This document shows positions 18,791 to 30,117 of a DNA stretch of 40,050 nt, piece by piece. The position numbers were made by a program, and so were the translations under genes. Within the stretch, counting starts at the first letter, position 1. Each line of letters starts with the position of its first letter. This DNA is from Escherichia phage vB_Eco_D226. The stretch lies in sequence record MN080711.1; one strand, given 5' to 3'. The notes below the pieces were generated by a model. That model did not search any database and was not told the origin of the DNA. It saw only the letters and a list, made by a program, of their open reading frames with translations.

Positions 18791-20389
18791 AATCATGCCA
18801 GCCTGTTCAGCCGCAGCTTGCATGTTCTCAGGGCTTGCAGTAGCCAAAGCACCAGCACCAGCACCAGCAGACGCAGCAGCGTTCTCCATAGCCGTACCCT
18901 GTGCAGCCTCAGCCATCTCCTGTTGTTTCTCTTCAGGTGTCTTGAGGATACCAGAAGTGTCGATGCCGATAGCGTTCGCAATGCGCAACTTAATGGTCGC
19001 AATGTTGATGTCCGGGTCATTCTGCATAGGAGCAAGAGCAGACCAAGCAGCAATACAACGTTCCAGCTTATCGAGGTCTTGACCACGACCCAATGCTTCC
19101 ATCCCGGTACTGATAGTAGGCTCAACGGCCTCTTTCGGTAACTCAGGAATCTGATTGGTTGCTTGAAGTTGTTTCAGCAGTACACGCACCATTGGCAACT
19201 GAAGTTCCTGTGAGAGAATCGAATAGACACCACCAAGGGTATCTTCGAGTTCAGATGCAACATAGCGAATCTCTTCGGCAGTCACGCGCTCACCAGTACG
19301 TTGTACAGCGGAGTTCAGCATAAAGGCATAGGACAGTCGGCCTTCAATCTGTTCACTTACAGCACGAGCCACAGAGAAGTCAGCGGCCTTTTCCAACTGA
19401 AGGAACGAGATGTCTTCTGGACGACCGGACACAAAGTCACCAGTCTGTGCTTTGGTCAAACGACGAACCTGTGTGATACCAGCAGGGTTAACCAAGCCAA
19501 TAACTTTTGCACTAATCATTGACATCTTAACGATAGCTTCTTGGAGGTTCTCAAGTGAACGTAAGTCACCTAAGTATTCCTCACAGTAAGAGCGACCATA
19601 TGATTCTCCATCAATGCGTACCATGCGAACCGGGATATAAGGACAAGCGTCCACCGGATAAGAAGCATCTGTACCTTCGACTTCGACACCATCAATCTCT
19701 TCGTACTTGAGGTATTCTCCTGTTTCTTCGTCAAGATAAATGTGAGTGTACACATCAATCATCTCGTCACCCTTATGTTCCTGACCGGAGTCCATAGAGT
19801 TCCTTACGTCTTCTGGCAGTGCTGCATAGGCAGTCTTATCCAAGGTCACAATCTGTAGTACCGTGCCGAATGCGTCTCGTTGGACAACATAAGAAGACAG
19901 GCGGTATAACTTCATGGGATTGTAAGTCCCTTCAGGTTCAGGAATGTACAGCAGAGCGTTACCAGCTACGACCAACTGCTTGAGGGTCTCAAAGAGTGTC
20001 ACACGGTACGAGTTGGACTCGATGTAGTTCATCAAGATTCGCTCGACCATTGAGAGACCTTCTTCGACCTTCGCTAGTTCGGCAGGTTGTGCTACCAATT
20101 GTTTCGCTTCGAACTCAGAGATGGTCAGCTTCATCCAAGTCTGCATGGGGAACAGAGCAAGCATGAGCTTAGAGGCCAAGTTGTTCAGACCACGAGCACC
20201 TACTGCTTGCCACGGAGTTGTGTAGTCAGTCGATGCGTTGTCGGAGTCTTTAGGGAACAACGAGGGGATTGTGTACTTCGCACAGTTTTCCGCACGGGTC
20301 TCATAGGAGTTCCGGTCGTTCTTCAATGCGTCATACACAGCCTTGGCACCATTCTCCGCAAAGCCTTCACGTTTCTGTGAGCTTGCCAT
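18788..20389 (-). CDS. 8: Portal (head-tail connector) protein (gp8)
   Basis: 533 aa; YTIPSLFPKDSDNASTDY.TPWQAVGARGLNNLASKLMLALFPMQTW is near-identical to T7 gp8. Confidence 0.97.
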   Translation of the reverse strand: MASSQKREGFAENGAKAVYDALKNDRNSYETRAENCAKYTIPSLFPKDSDNASTDYTTPWQAVGARGLNNLASKLMLALFPMQTWMKLTISEFEAKQLVAQPAELAKVEEGLSMVERILMNYIESNSYRVTLFETLKQLVVAGNALLYIPEPEGTYNPMKLYRLSSYVVQRDAFGTVLQIVTLDKTAYAALPEDVRNSMDSGQEHKGDEMIDVYTHIYLDEETGEYLKYEEIDGVEVEGTDASYPVDACPYIPVRMVRIDGESYGRSYCEEYLGDLRSLENLQEAIVKMSMISAKVIGLVNPAGITQVRRLTKAQTGDFVSGRPEDISFLQLEKAADFSVARAVSEQIEGRLSYAFMLNSAVQRTGERVTAEEIRYVASELEDTLGGVYSILSQELQLPMVRVLLKQLQATNQIPELPKEAVEPTISTGMEALGRGQDLDKLERCIAAWSALAPMQNDPDINIATIKLRIANAIGIDTSGILKTPEEKQQEMAEAAQGTAMENAAASAGAGAGALATASPENMQAAAEQAGMI

Positions 20390-20401
20390 AGTGCCTCCTT
20401 A

Positions 20402-20758
20402 TTAAATGTTGATACCGCCACCAGAGCTACGAGCGACACTCAGAGATTTCTTACCGCCAGCACGAGCTTTCTTCTTGCCGGATTCGGTTTGAGACTCATC
20501 ATCGGTGTCCACATCGTCTTTACTCGGTGGCTCAACAATCTGTGCAGCCGGAGCAGGGGCAGCTACAGGAGCGGCCTGTTGTACAACGACTTCAGGTTCC
20601 TTCTGTCCACCGCCAAGCAGACCAGCAGCAGCGCCTACGGTTCCCTTAACGATGTCTTCACCAGCCTTACCGACCTGCTTGACAACCTTCTCTACTGGTT
20701 TAGATACTTGCTTGACAGCCTTCTTGACTGACTTACGAATCTTTTTACCCCAACCCAT
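20402..20758 (-). CDS. 7.3: Virion protein gp7.3
   Basis: 118 aa; C-terminus QTESGKKKARAGGKKSLSVARSSGGGINI matches T7 gp7.3. Confidence 0.88.
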   Translation of the reverse strand: MGWGKKIRKSVKKAVKQVSKPVEKVVKQVGKAGEDIVKGTVGAAAGLLGGGQKEPEVVVQQAAPVAAPAPAAQIVEPPSKDDVDTDDESQTESGKKKARAGGKKSLSVARSSGGGINI

Positions 20759-20775
20759 GATACACCTCCTACGGT

Positions 20776-21051
20776 TTATTTGTTCTTAAAGACGCTAGTA
20801 CGGATACCAGCCTTTGATTTCTTCTTGGCTGCATCATCAGCCTTCTTGGACTTCTCAACGGAGTCATCCAGTTTCACCTTGAGGGACTTCTTGCCTCCCG
20901 TTGGCACCTCAGAAGAGGTTCCGTTGTCTCGGTCATCATCATCACCACCAAAGAGAATACCTTTCGGTTCCTCCGTCAGTGGTGCAGGGTCAACCGCACG
21001 AGCCTTGGCAGTGTCCACTTTGGGTGTCTTAATCTTAGGCGACCAACACAT
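20776..21051 (-). CDS. 6.7: gp6.7 (virion-associated protein)
   Basis: Start MCWSPKIKTPK (T7 gp6.7 begins MCFSPKIKTPK); ORF-track N-extension trimmed. Confidence 0.8.
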   Translation of the reverse strand: MCWSPKIKTPKVDTAKARAVDPAPLTEEPKGILFGGDDDDRDNGTSSEVPTGGKKSLKVKLDDSVEKSKKADDAAKKKSKAGIRTSVFKNK

Positions 21052-21070
21052 GATTGATTTCCTCCCATTG

Positions 21071-21319
21071 TTAGGACTCAGCTTGTTCCTTACGGATTGC
21101 CTCCATGTCGTCCAAGGTTTGGGACGCATAATTGAGACCAGCAAGGAAACCAGCAATGTAGCTTTCAGACCAGCCAGCCTGTTTCAGTCGGTTGACTAAT
21201 CCAGATTGGAGGGCATATCCAGCGTTATATTGAACTTGCAGATACTCCATCACGCTACGAGGAACGTTAGGAATATCTTGTGGGTTCTCCATGTACTTCT
21301 TGATAGGGGTTAACATAGT
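21071..21319 (-). CDS. 6.5: gp6.5
   Basis: Start MLTPI...NP.DIP.VPR...EYLQV matches T7 gp6.5; follows the phi6.5 promoter. Confidence 0.8.
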   Translation of the reverse strand, partial: TMLTPIKKYMENPQDIPNVPRSVMEYLQVQYNAGYALQSGLVNRLKQAGWSESYIAGFLAGLNYASQTLDDMEAIRKEQAES

Positions 21320-21367
21320 TAATATTCTCCTTAAAGTTAAACTTAAAGTAGGTATCATATAGGCACC

Positions 21368-21390
21368 CCTCTCAATAGTGAGTCGTATTG
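21368..21390 (-). promoter_or_regulatory. Phage RNAP promoter phi6.5
   Basis: Reverse strand CAATACGACTCACTATTGAGAGG. Confidence 0.8.
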
Positions 21391-21418
21391 ATTTCACTGT
21401 CGAGAAGAATGCCTAGAG

Positions 21419-21505
21419 TTACACACTCTTAGCTATAAATGCAGCCCACACCATAGCGAAGGCTACGATTGCGAACACTACGAACGCAACTGTTCCGGCG
21501 ACCAT
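21419..21505 (-). CDS. Small hydrophobic peptide at the gene 6.3 position (28 aa)
   Basis: Manual translation MVAGTVAFVVFAIVAFAMVWAAFIAKSV; GGAGA 8 nt upstream; between gene 6 and phi6.5 as in T7. Confidence 0.35.
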   Translation of the reverse strand: MVAGTVAFVVFAIVAFAMVWAAFIAKSV

Positions 21506-22392
21506 AGGTAAATCTCCTTGTCGATAAAGTTGTACTCTTCGAAACGCAGGATGCGAGCCATCTGGCCCTGCTTAATGATTTCCTCTTCGGTCATCCCAGC
21601 TTTTGCACCAAGTGTCACAATGGCTTCCCATAAGGTTCTGTCACCCATGTCAACCTTCTTCCATTCGAGAACTGTCTGTCCCTTACGGGCACCAGACTTG
21701 AAAGTTTTCTCAACCTGTTCAAAGGCATACGGGTTCTCCAGCCACTCAGCGGTAGTCTCTCCCCAGCCCGGAATGCCACCATAGCCATCTGTCAAGTCAC
21801 CTTTGATGGTCTGATAGATGTGCCAGTAGTCGGCAGTCGTCTGGTCTTGAGTCAAGATGTTACCAGTGGTACACCACAAGAAGTCACAATCAGGGATGGT
21901 CTTAAAGTCCTTATCACAGGAGACCAGCACAGCCTTTTTGAAACCAAAGTGTTTAGCACCAGACCCAATGATTCCCATCACGTCATCACCCTCTAAGCGA
22001 GGCTCAAGGATAGACGTCCAGTCCTCAGAGGCTTGAACACGCTCGATGAACGCACGGTAGCCTACAGGCTTACGGGATGCCTTACGGTTCTCCTTATAGG
22101 TTGGGTCCACTAGTTCCTTACGCCAGTTCACAGCGTCCGTGAAGGCCAGTACGATAGGTGCATCACGCCAAGCCTTCTTGCGGCTCGCATAGGACTTAAT
22201 GGAGTCAACCAGAATGTTCCACGCTTTCCCGTGGTCGCACTCTAAGGTCCACACATCGTCACCCCAATCGGTCTCGACTTCACTTGCTGCCATAGCTTGG
22301 AATACCAGCCAGTCACCATCCATCACGAGAACACCCTTATCGGATTTCCCTTGGCGTAACTCGTAGAACTCCTTCAGTGTAATTGCGCTCAT
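21478..22392 (-). CDS. 6: 5'-3' exonuclease (gp6)
   Basis: Start MSAITLKEFYELRQG...GVLVMDGDWLVFQAM; FKTIP.CDFLWCTTGNILTQ and EEDIIKQGQMARILRF.EYNFIDKEIYLW match T7 gp6. Confidence 0.95.
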   Translation of the reverse strand: MSAITLKEFYELRQGKSDKGVLVMDGDWLVFQAMAASEVETDWGDDVWTLECDHGKAWNILVDSIKSYASRKKAWRDAPIVLAFTDAVNWRKELVDPTYKENRKASRKPVGYRAFIERVQASEDWTSILEPRLEGDDVMGIIGSGAKHFGFKKAVLVSCDKDFKTIPDCDFLWCTTGNILTQDQTTADYWHIYQTIKGDLTDGYGGIPGWGETTAEWLENPYAFEQVEKTFKSGARKGQTVLEWKKVDMGDRTLWEAIVTLGAKAGMTEEEIIKQGQMARILRFEEYNFIDKEIYLWSPEQLRS

Positions 22393-22598
22393 ACGCAACC
22401 TCCCATCTTCTTCAGGAATCGGACACCAGAGCCTGTTACTTCCCAAGCGCCAGCATTACGCCCATCGACTGATAGGCAAGAGATATGACCACGACTCGCA
22501 GCCTCAGCCACCAGTGACGCATTGTTGCGCACATAGTTCGACTGAAAGGTCTTAGGGCAGCTTTTGATAGCCGCCAGTACACGAAGATATTCACCCAT
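22389..22598 (-). CDS. 5.7: gp5.7
   Basis: 69 aa; YL.VL.AIKSCPKTFQSNYVRNNASLVAEAASRGHISCLS is near-identical to T7 gp5.7. Confidence 0.93.
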   Translation of the reverse strand: MGEYLRVLAAIKSCPKTFQSNYVRNNASLVAEAASRGHISCLSVDGRNAGAWEVTGSGVRFLKKMGGCV

Positions 22599-22900
22599 TA
22601 CTTCACCTCACGGATAGTTGCAGGAGAGAATCGCATGAGCTTTCTTTCTGTTGAACTCAGGTCGCCGTGGCCCTCCCGAATAAAATTACGAAGACCCTGC
22701 TTGATGCAGAATGCGGCAGCACCTTCTGGTCCATAGGTTAGACCTTGGACTAGCAACTCACGTTTAAACGGGTCAAGTTCCGCACCAGTGGCAGCTTTCT
22801 TAGCGATGTCTACGAGTAAATCATTCAGGTTGTTCTCAGACTCGCTATCAATTACAGCAGTAACTTCGAATGATACTTTAAAACGTTTAGTAATAGCCAT
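22598..22900 (-). CDS. 5.5: gp5.5 (H-NS-binding protein homologue)
   Basis: 100 aa; MA.TK.FKVSF.VTA ... SPAT.REV matches T7 gp5.5. Confidence 0.85.
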   Translation of the reverse strand: MAITKRFKVSFEVTAVIDSESENNLNDLLVDIAKKAATGAELDPFKRELLVQGLTYGPEGAAAFCIKQGLRNFIREGHGDLSSTERKLMRFSPATIREVK

Positions 22901-22919
22901 GATATATTTCTCCTGTTAA

Positions 22920-25034
22920 TTAGTGACATACAGCCCAATTTGGCCCCATCTTTCCTTCGGTATCTAATTGGCACCGGAAGTTAAAGTGGTCTCCTACCCA
23001 GCGCATAGCCTGTTGAGAGACTTCTATTACAACTTTGGCAATCTCTTCTGTGCGGCAAGCAAGCTGTTGCTCATCGTGTATCCACCCCATGAGGCAGAAG
23101 TCACCATCCCAACCGTGCTTGTAGCCCATCTCAAGGAGCATCTCTTCTGTCTTGACAATCCACAGTTTACAAATCAGAGCACCAGCAGATTGCAACAAGG
23201 TGTTCAACGCAGCGTGAGGACTACGGACGTGTACTTTACGACCATCCAAGCCTCGAACCCAACGGCGTTTCCAAGTTACTTTCTGTTCACCACCAACCCA
23301 CTTGGAGTCCTTGACGAGTGTCCCTGTGATTGCTTCACGTAACGCAGCAATAGCCGGAGTTTGCTCAAGGAAGTTCTTGATGAGTCGCTTACCATCTTCG
23401 GCAGTACCACCAACAATCTGCCCAATCTTCGCAGCACCAGCACCATAGAGGAACCCATAGATAAACGTCTTAGCGTTGTCACGAGTTGGTAGACCCGCAG
23501 CCAATTGGTTCTTCGTATGGATGTCACCAGTGAGGATAGTCTCAACGTACTCACCCTCATCATAACGATACATGAAGTGACCCAAGCAACGTAGCTCAAG
23601 GCCGGACGCATCCACACCAACTTGAATCCAAGGGTCTGGCTTACCGTCTTTCAGGTTATGTTCGGCACCGAAAGCAGCACGGCAAGGTTCGCCATATGCA
23701 GCACGGATTGAAGGCACCTGTGCCACGTTAGGGAAGCTATGAGTTGCACGTCCAGTTACCGCACCGTTCGGGTTAACGCTACCGTGAATACGACCATCAT
23801 CTCCAATCATTCGGAGCCAGCCGTTATCGCCTTCAGCAACCTGACCGATACGTTTCTGAATCATAAGGTATTCTTTAATCAACTCAATGCAACGCTGTGC
23901 ATCCGGGTCGTCTACCTTGACGTGTTCCAATACCTCATCGTCTACCTTTGGTGCACCACTCGGAGTGAACTCAACGGGCACCCAGCCAGCTTTGGTAAGC
24001 ACACGAGTGATGTGGTCACGACTTGCAGGGTTAAACACAACGTGCTCAACCGGAGTATACGGAGCACCCTCAACGTAATCGCGGGTATCCAACTCACATG
24101 GCTCTAAGCCTTCACGTTGCTTCTTGTTCTTAGGCTTCTTAAAGATGCCACCCTGTTTCGGGTACTTCACACGAGGATACTTGGTGAGCGGCTTTCCGGT
24201 ACGGGGATGCCTGAATGCTTCAGTACCGCCCTTAGCGGAGTACCATGAGCCAAACGTATTGGTTAACTCTACGAGTAGCTCACCACGTCTACCAGCGAGT
24301 TCTGCGTACAGGTTCTCAAGAGACTTAATGTCAATCGGGAAACCATTACGTTCCATCTTAGCTAACAACCATGCAGCATCATGTTCCAGTTTAACAGCCT
24401 CAAGGCTACCATTCCAGAAACGGTCTGCTTCTGTGCTTCCAGCGGGTGTCTCGTTAGGGAAATAGAATGTGTTGCTACAAAGTTTCTCGAAGAGAGCCTT
24501 GGTGACTACAACGTCTTGAACGTTATATTCCATCATGTCTTCGTTGAACAGGAGCCATTCCATACCATCAACATATTCTTCACCAGACTCAGCCAGTGAA
24601 GCCTTGAAGTCGTCCTTGTACTCACCCTTCATTTCGCCTAAGCGATAACCCCATGCTTCCAGAGCGTGAGACCCAAAGCGTTGTCCCGGTAGCTTGCCAG
24701 CACGGAGCAGACCAGCATCGGTGTCTTTGATGTTAGAGTAAATCAGTCGTGACATCACTAAGGTGTCCAAGACGTTCTCTTTCGGGAACTTAACGTCACG
24801 ATTCAGAATCAGCTTTGCCAGCTTCTCGATAACCGGAATGTCATACTTGTGCCCGTTGTGAAACACAATGAGACCACCGCGAGCAACCTCGGCTTCGAGT
24901 GCATCTATGTATGCCCCAAAGTCATCGGGTCGATAACGGATGTACTGGTCAGTTGTGTAGTCGTAAGTCACCGCACAGTGAAATTGACTAACGTTGTGCA
25001 GCAACCCGTTTGTTTCGATGTCGGATAGTAACAT
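22920..25034 (-). CDS. 5: DNA polymerase (gp5)
   Basis: 704 aa, same length as T7 gp5; FHCAVTYDY, DALEAEVARGGLIVFHNGHKYD, HVRSPHAALNTLLQSAGALICKLW, DTEGKMGPNWA.CH conserved. Confidence 0.98.
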   Translation of the reverse strand: MLLSDIETNGLLHNVSQFHCAVTYDYTTDQYIRYRPDDFGAYIDALEAEVARGGLIVFHNGHKYDIPVIEKLAKLILNRDVKFPKENVLDTLVMSRLIYSNIKDTDAGLLRAGKLPGQRFGSHALEAWGYRLGEMKGEYKDDFKASLAESGEEYVDGMEWLLFNEDMMEYNVQDVVVTKALFEKLCSNTFYFPNETPAGSTEADRFWNGSLEAVKLEHDAAWLLAKMERNGFPIDIKSLENLYAELAGRRGELLVELTNTFGSWYSAKGGTEAFRHPRTGKPLTKYPRVKYPKQGGIFKKPKNKKQREGLEPCELDTRDYVEGAPYTPVEHVVFNPASRDHITRVLTKAGWVPVEFTPSGAPKVDDEVLEHVKVDDPDAQRCIELIKEYLMIQKRIGQVAEGDNGWLRMIGDDGRIHGSVNPNGAVTGRATHSFPNVAQVPSIRAAYGEPCRAAFGAEHNLKDGKPDPWIQVGVDASGLELRCLGHFMYRYDEGEYVETILTGDIHTKNQLAAGLPTRDNAKTFIYGFLYGAGAAKIGQIVGGTAEDGKRLIKNFLEQTPAIAALREAITGTLVKDSKWVGGEQKVTWKRRWVRGLDGRKVHVRSPHAALNTLLQSAGALICKLWIVKTEEMLLEMGYKHGWDGDFCLMGWIHDEQQLACRTEEIAKVVIEVSQQAMRWVGDHFNFRCQLDTEGKMGPNWAVCH

Positions 25035-25053
25035 TGTGTTTACTCCTTAAAGT

Positions 25054-25455
25054 TTAACGATGGGTGTATCCCATATAGTCTTTCACGTTGATTACCTTCA
25101 GGTTCTCAGCTTTTATTCCAACGTTGTTGCTGGTCACTAAGGTTCCATTAGGAGCAATGCGGGACACTCGTGAGCACCAGCAGATGTTGCCAGCGACCGT
25201 GCGCACGTACCATAGAGAGGATGTCTCAGTTGATGTGCAGAAGTCACCAGCCTTAATGTGGGTCATAGTGTCCTTATCGAATACCTTCAGGTCAGGACGG
25301 TTCACTGGTTGCACCCACTTGCCATACTTGCGGGTCCACCCTAAGTTCTTCAGGATGTGTACCGCCGAGTCACGAGCACATTCATACTCTTTGACATCAG
25401 CCAGTTCAGCTTGCAGCTTAGAGATTTCAGCTTCGATTACATTACGATTACGCAT
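25054..25455 (-). CDS. Hypothetical protein at the gene 4.7 position
   Basis: 133 aa ORF immediately upstream of gene 5; T7 gene 4.7 (135 aa) occupies this position. Function unknown. Confidence 0.7.
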   Translation of the reverse strand: MRNRNVIEAEISKLQAELADVKEYECARDSAVHILKNLGWTRKYGKWVQPVNRPDLKVFDKDTMTHIKAGDFCTSTETSSLWYVRTVAGNICWCSRVSRIAPNGTLVTSNNVGIKAENLKVINVKDYMGYTHR

Positions 25456-25463
25456 AGTGTTGT

Positions 25464-25486
25464 TCTCCCATTAGTGAGTTGAATAG
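25464..25486 (-). promoter_or_regulatory. Degenerate phage promoter-like element (phi4.7 position)
   Basis: Reverse strand CTATTCAACTCACTAATGGGAGA: the downstream half matches the consensus, the upstream half is divergent (A at -11). Confidence 0.35.
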
Positions 25487-25494
25487 ATTTCATA

Positions 25495-25545
25495 CAAAAG
25501 TTAATCACGAAGGCCATCATTAAGATGACCTTTAGTTTAACTCTT
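25495..25545 (-). promoter_or_regulatory. RNase III-like processing hairpin (R4.7 position)
   Basis: Transcript forms aaggucauc/gauggccuu stem with a G.U pair; flanks are shared with the other hairpins in the family. Confidence 0.45.
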
Positions 25546-25846
25546 ACGCTTCAGCTTTTGCAGCCAGACTGATAGCTTCTTCGCCAGTCACCTTGGACAG
25601 TAGAAGTTCGCGGGTCTTGTCTTCACCTACAGCCACAGTAGCAGCTACAGCAACGGAGGCCAGCAGACGACCTGCCTGTGTGTCATCCAAAGTTACACGC
25701 TGTGTGTGCGCCTTGGTGGACTTGTGGTCCTTCCAACGGTAGACCAGAGTGACCTTGCCATTACGGACATTGATGTGCACTCGACGAGCATACTGGTCGA
25801 TGGTGTCAGACAGACGGATTGTGTTGCCGGGGAATTTAATAGCCAT
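25544..25846 (-). CDS. Hypothetical protein at the gene 4.5 position
   Basis: 100 aa ORF between genes 4.3 and 4.7; assigned by synteny only. Confidence 0.65.
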   Translation of the reverse strand: MAIKFPGNTIRLSDTIDQYARRVHINVRNGKVTLVYRWKDHKSTKAHTQRVTLDDTQAGRLLASVAVAATVAVGEDKTRELLLSKVTGEEAISLAAKAEA

Positions 25847-25859
25847 GATGTGTCACTCC

Positions 25860-26072
25860 TTACAGGAAGAATTTGTTGAGGTCGGTTGCTTTAGCTGCAA
25901 TCTTAGCAGCAGACGTTACGCCAGCGCTTGCATCTTCAGACAGCAGACGAGCCTGTTTAGCCAAGCGTTGAGCCTGTTCAGCGTCCTTACGTGCCTTGTC
26001 GTTCAGACGTTTAGCTTCACGGAAGTACATTTTAACTAACAGCTTACCGAGAGTGTTGATGAATTTAAACAT
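25860..26072 (-). CDS. 4.3: gp4.3
   Basis: 70 aa; MFK.I..LG.LLV.MY..EAKRLND.ARK.A matches T7 gp4.3. Confidence 0.85.
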   Translation of the reverse strand: MFKFINTLGKLLVKMYFREAKRLNDKARKDAEQAQRLAKQARLLSEDASAGVTSAAKIAAKATDLNKFFL

Positions 26073-26115
26073 TGTGATTCTCCTTAAGTGGATTGATAAG
26101 TGGGAACAGAGTGTC

Positions 26116-26138
26116 TGTCCCCTTAGTGAGTTCTATTG
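26116..26138 (-). promoter_or_regulatory. Phage RNAP promoter (phi4.3 position), divergent
   Basis: Reverse strand CAATAGAACTCACTAAGGGGACA. Confidence 0.55.
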
Positions 26139-26140
26139 AT

Positions 26141-28058
<1,918 letters not shown>

Positions 28059-28142
28059 TCACCGGAAGTGCTTCACCAAATAGCTTACGCATAGTGATTA
28101 CTCCTTATACAATTTTAGCGAACAAAGGGAGAAACCTTTCGG

Positions 28143-28165
28143 CTCTCCCATAGTGAGTTCTATTA
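28143..28165 (-). promoter_or_regulatory. Phage RNAP promoter (phi3.8/4c position)
   Basis: Reverse strand TAATAGAACTCACTATGGGAGAG. Confidence 0.6.
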
Positions 28166-28256
28166 CTTACGAGTTAAGATATAGGTCAATGCCAGAACGA
28201 ATACACAGTGGTAAATCATATCGTACATGCCCATCTCATGAATAATCATCATAATC

Positions 28257-28712
28257 TTATCCCCAATCACTTGTTACTAATTCACCAGTCTTCAGCCAGC
28301 GACTCAAGTTAAAACTTGGACACGCTTTAGGTGCCACATCGTGGTGCGCTTTTACTTCTGCATCTGGATACATGTCCAGCAGGTCTGCGAGTTTCTCTTT
28401 AAGAGAGTGCATCTGTGCTGGCGTAAAGTTAGCTTCGTGTTTGCCCTTATCGTCGATACCACCAACGAGGCACACACCGACCGACTTACTGTTCCAGTCC
28501 TTAACGTGAGACCCAACGACTCCGACCGGACGGCCCTCTTCGATTGTACCATCACGGCGAATAATGAAGTGGTAGCCTACATCAAGCCAGCCCTGTTCTT
28601 TATGCCACTGACGGATTTCACGCAGTCCAACATTCATGGACGCCTTGGTTGCGCTACAGTGGACAAAGATTGCTTCTGTCACAGCGCGTGGTTTGAATTG
28701 TACCTTACTCAT
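28257..28712 (-). CDS. 3.5: Lysozyme (N-acetylmuramoyl-L-alanine amidase, gp3.5)
   Basis: 151 aa; AIFVHCSATK.S.NVG.REIRQWHKEQGWLDVGYHFII.RDGT and AHH.VAPKACPSF match T7 lysozyme. Confidence 0.97.
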   Translation of the reverse strand: MSKVQFKPRAVTEAIFVHCSATKASMNVGLREIRQWHKEQGWLDVGYHFIIRRDGTIEEGRPVGVVGSHVKDWNSKSVGVCLVGGIDDKGKHEANFTPAQMHSLKEKLADLLDMYPDAEVKAHHDVAPKACPSFNLSRWLKTGELVTSDWG

Positions 28713-29155
28713 TTCTTCTTCACCTCTTTAAATTTATCGAATGGAACATCCTTAGAAGGCTCTTTCAGCCAATCAACTGGAATTAATTTATCAGCAAACA
28801 GAATGCCATGCTTCTCGCACCACTCACCGTAGCTGGTCGGAGACCCTTTGTACAGCTTGGAGCGGCTTGAAGAGAACACGATGCGCACATCAAGTTCAGG
28901 ATACTGTTCACGAATCAGTAAGTGTTTCTTGCGGTCGTCACTATCCCACAGACCTTTGGTTTCCACAAAGATGCCATTAGGTAACAGGAAGTCCGGGCAA
29001 TAGGTATGGTTGCTTGCAGGGACAACATATGGTACACGCCAGCGCTCATAGTCGAACTTAATGTTCTTCCCTTCGAGTTGTTTGCTTACCTTATCCTCCA
29101 AGCCAGAGCGAAAGGCACCCACACGAGTGCCTCGACCTGCATAGCCCTTAGCCAT
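28709..29155 (-). CDS. 3: Endonuclease I (Holliday junction resolvase, gp3)
   Basis: 148 aa; VGAFRSGLEDKVSKQLE.K.IKF.YE.W.VPYV.PASNHTY.PDFLLPNGIFVETKGLW.SDDRKKHLLIREQ matches T7 gp3. Confidence 0.97.
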   Translation of the reverse strand: MAKGYAGRGTRVGAFRSGLEDKVSKQLEGKNIKFDYERWRVPYVVPASNHTYCPDFLLPNGIFVETKGLWDSDDRKKHLLIREQYPELDVRIVFSSSRSKLYKGSPTSYGEWCEKHGILFADKLIPVDWLKEPSKDVPFDKFKEVKKK

Positions 29156-29859
29156 TAGAAGTCACCATCTTCGTCTTCCTCGTCCTCTTCTTCTGATTCT
29201 TCGTTCCAACCAGAATCATTTTGAGGACGTTGACGGGTTTGTGCTTCATCAGCTTCGTACCCATCTTCTTCGATTTCATCACCCCAATCGTCATCACCAC
29301 CACCGAACTCGACCAGCTTAATCAGCATCACGGAATCCAGTTGCAGCTTAACGGAAGCACCTGCCACAGCAGACCAACCGTAAGGGAACAGAGTGTATTT
29401 AATCTTCAGTTCAGAGCCACCAGAGATAGCTGGACGCTCACCACGGATGCGCTTACCTTTGGAGTCCACGATAGCCAAGTCGATTGGTTTGTTCTCACCA
29501 GTCTTCTTGTCAGTGAACGCACCGTAGCACTTAAAGTTAAACGTGGTAGTACCATCTTCGTTATCCATGAAAGGCATGTCGCCAACATATGGCTTCAGCG
29601 GTTTCTTACCCTTGACAACTTTCGGCGGGTTAGCTTCGTACTCTTCGAGTCGAGCAGCGTAGTCCGTCTCATGGGCTTCGACAATCTCGTCAATCATCTT
29701 CTGACAGCGAGGGTCGTCGTTGGATACAGTCAGTGATACTTTGTAGACACCACGTTCGTTCTTGAAGTCACCGCTACCGAAGTCCGGCTTTGCCAGATAG
29801 CAGTAAGGTTCAGCAATACCACGAGCGGAAGTGAATACTTTACGTTTTGCGAATGCCAT
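29155..29859 (-). CDS. 2.5: Single-stranded DNA-binding protein (gp2.5)
   Basis: 234 aa; acidic C-terminus ending EDGDF; PRCQ.M.DEIV, GKKPLKPY.GDMPF, GASVKLQL.SVML match T7 gp2.5. Confidence 0.97.
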   Translation of the reverse strand: MAFAKRKVFTSARGIAEPYCYLAKPDFGSGDFKNERGVYKVSLTVSNDDPRCQKMIDEIVEAHETDYAARLEEYEANPPKVVKGKKPLKPYVGDMPFMDNEDGTTTFNFKCYGAFTDKKTGENKPIDLAIVDSKGKRIRGERPAISGGSELKIKYTLFPYGWSAVAGASVKLQLDSVMLIKLVEFGGGDDDWGDEIEEDGYEADEAQTRQRPQNDSGWNEESEEEDEEDEDGDF

Positions 29860-29905
29860 AATGATTCTCCTTTAGTTTCTGAAAGTTAAAGTGGGAAACG
29901 CTGTG

Positions 29906-29928
29906 TCTCCCATTAGTGAGTCCTATTA
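29906..29928 (-). promoter_or_regulatory. Phage RNAP promoter phi2.5
   Basis: Reverse strand TAATAGGACTCACTAATGGGAGA. Confidence 0.75.
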
Positions 29929-30117
29929 AACCTTACGGTCTGGACGGATGCGTGTTACAGCGAAGCCAGCAGGGACGTATTGCCACTCAGCTAACTCATT
30001 GGCCTCTTCAAGAGACGTAGCGAACACAGGTACTTCGAACGATTGGCCTTGGCCTTCTACCGTAGCGAAGAACTTCTTGTCACCGTTTACCAGTGACCCT
30101 TTATTCAGAGTGCTCAT
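29926..30117 (-). CDS. 2: Host RNA polymerase inhibitor (gp2)
   Basis: 63 aa; [29 protein letters not shown] matches T7 gp2. Confidence 0.93.
   Translation of the reverse strand: MSTLNKGSLVNGDKKFFATVEGQGQSFEVPVFATSLEEANELAEWQYVPAGFAVTRIRPDRKV

Noticed and set aside
18793-19125. 110-aa minus-strand ORF inside the portal gene
   Set aside because: Alternate frame within gene 8; Arg/Leu-rich composition typical of out-of-frame translation.
28341-28832. 163-aa plus-strand ORF
   Set aside because: Antisense to the lysozyme and endonuclease I genes; shadow ORF.
29221-29736. 171-aa plus-strand ORF
   Set aside because: Antisense to the gp2.5 SSB gene; shadow ORF.
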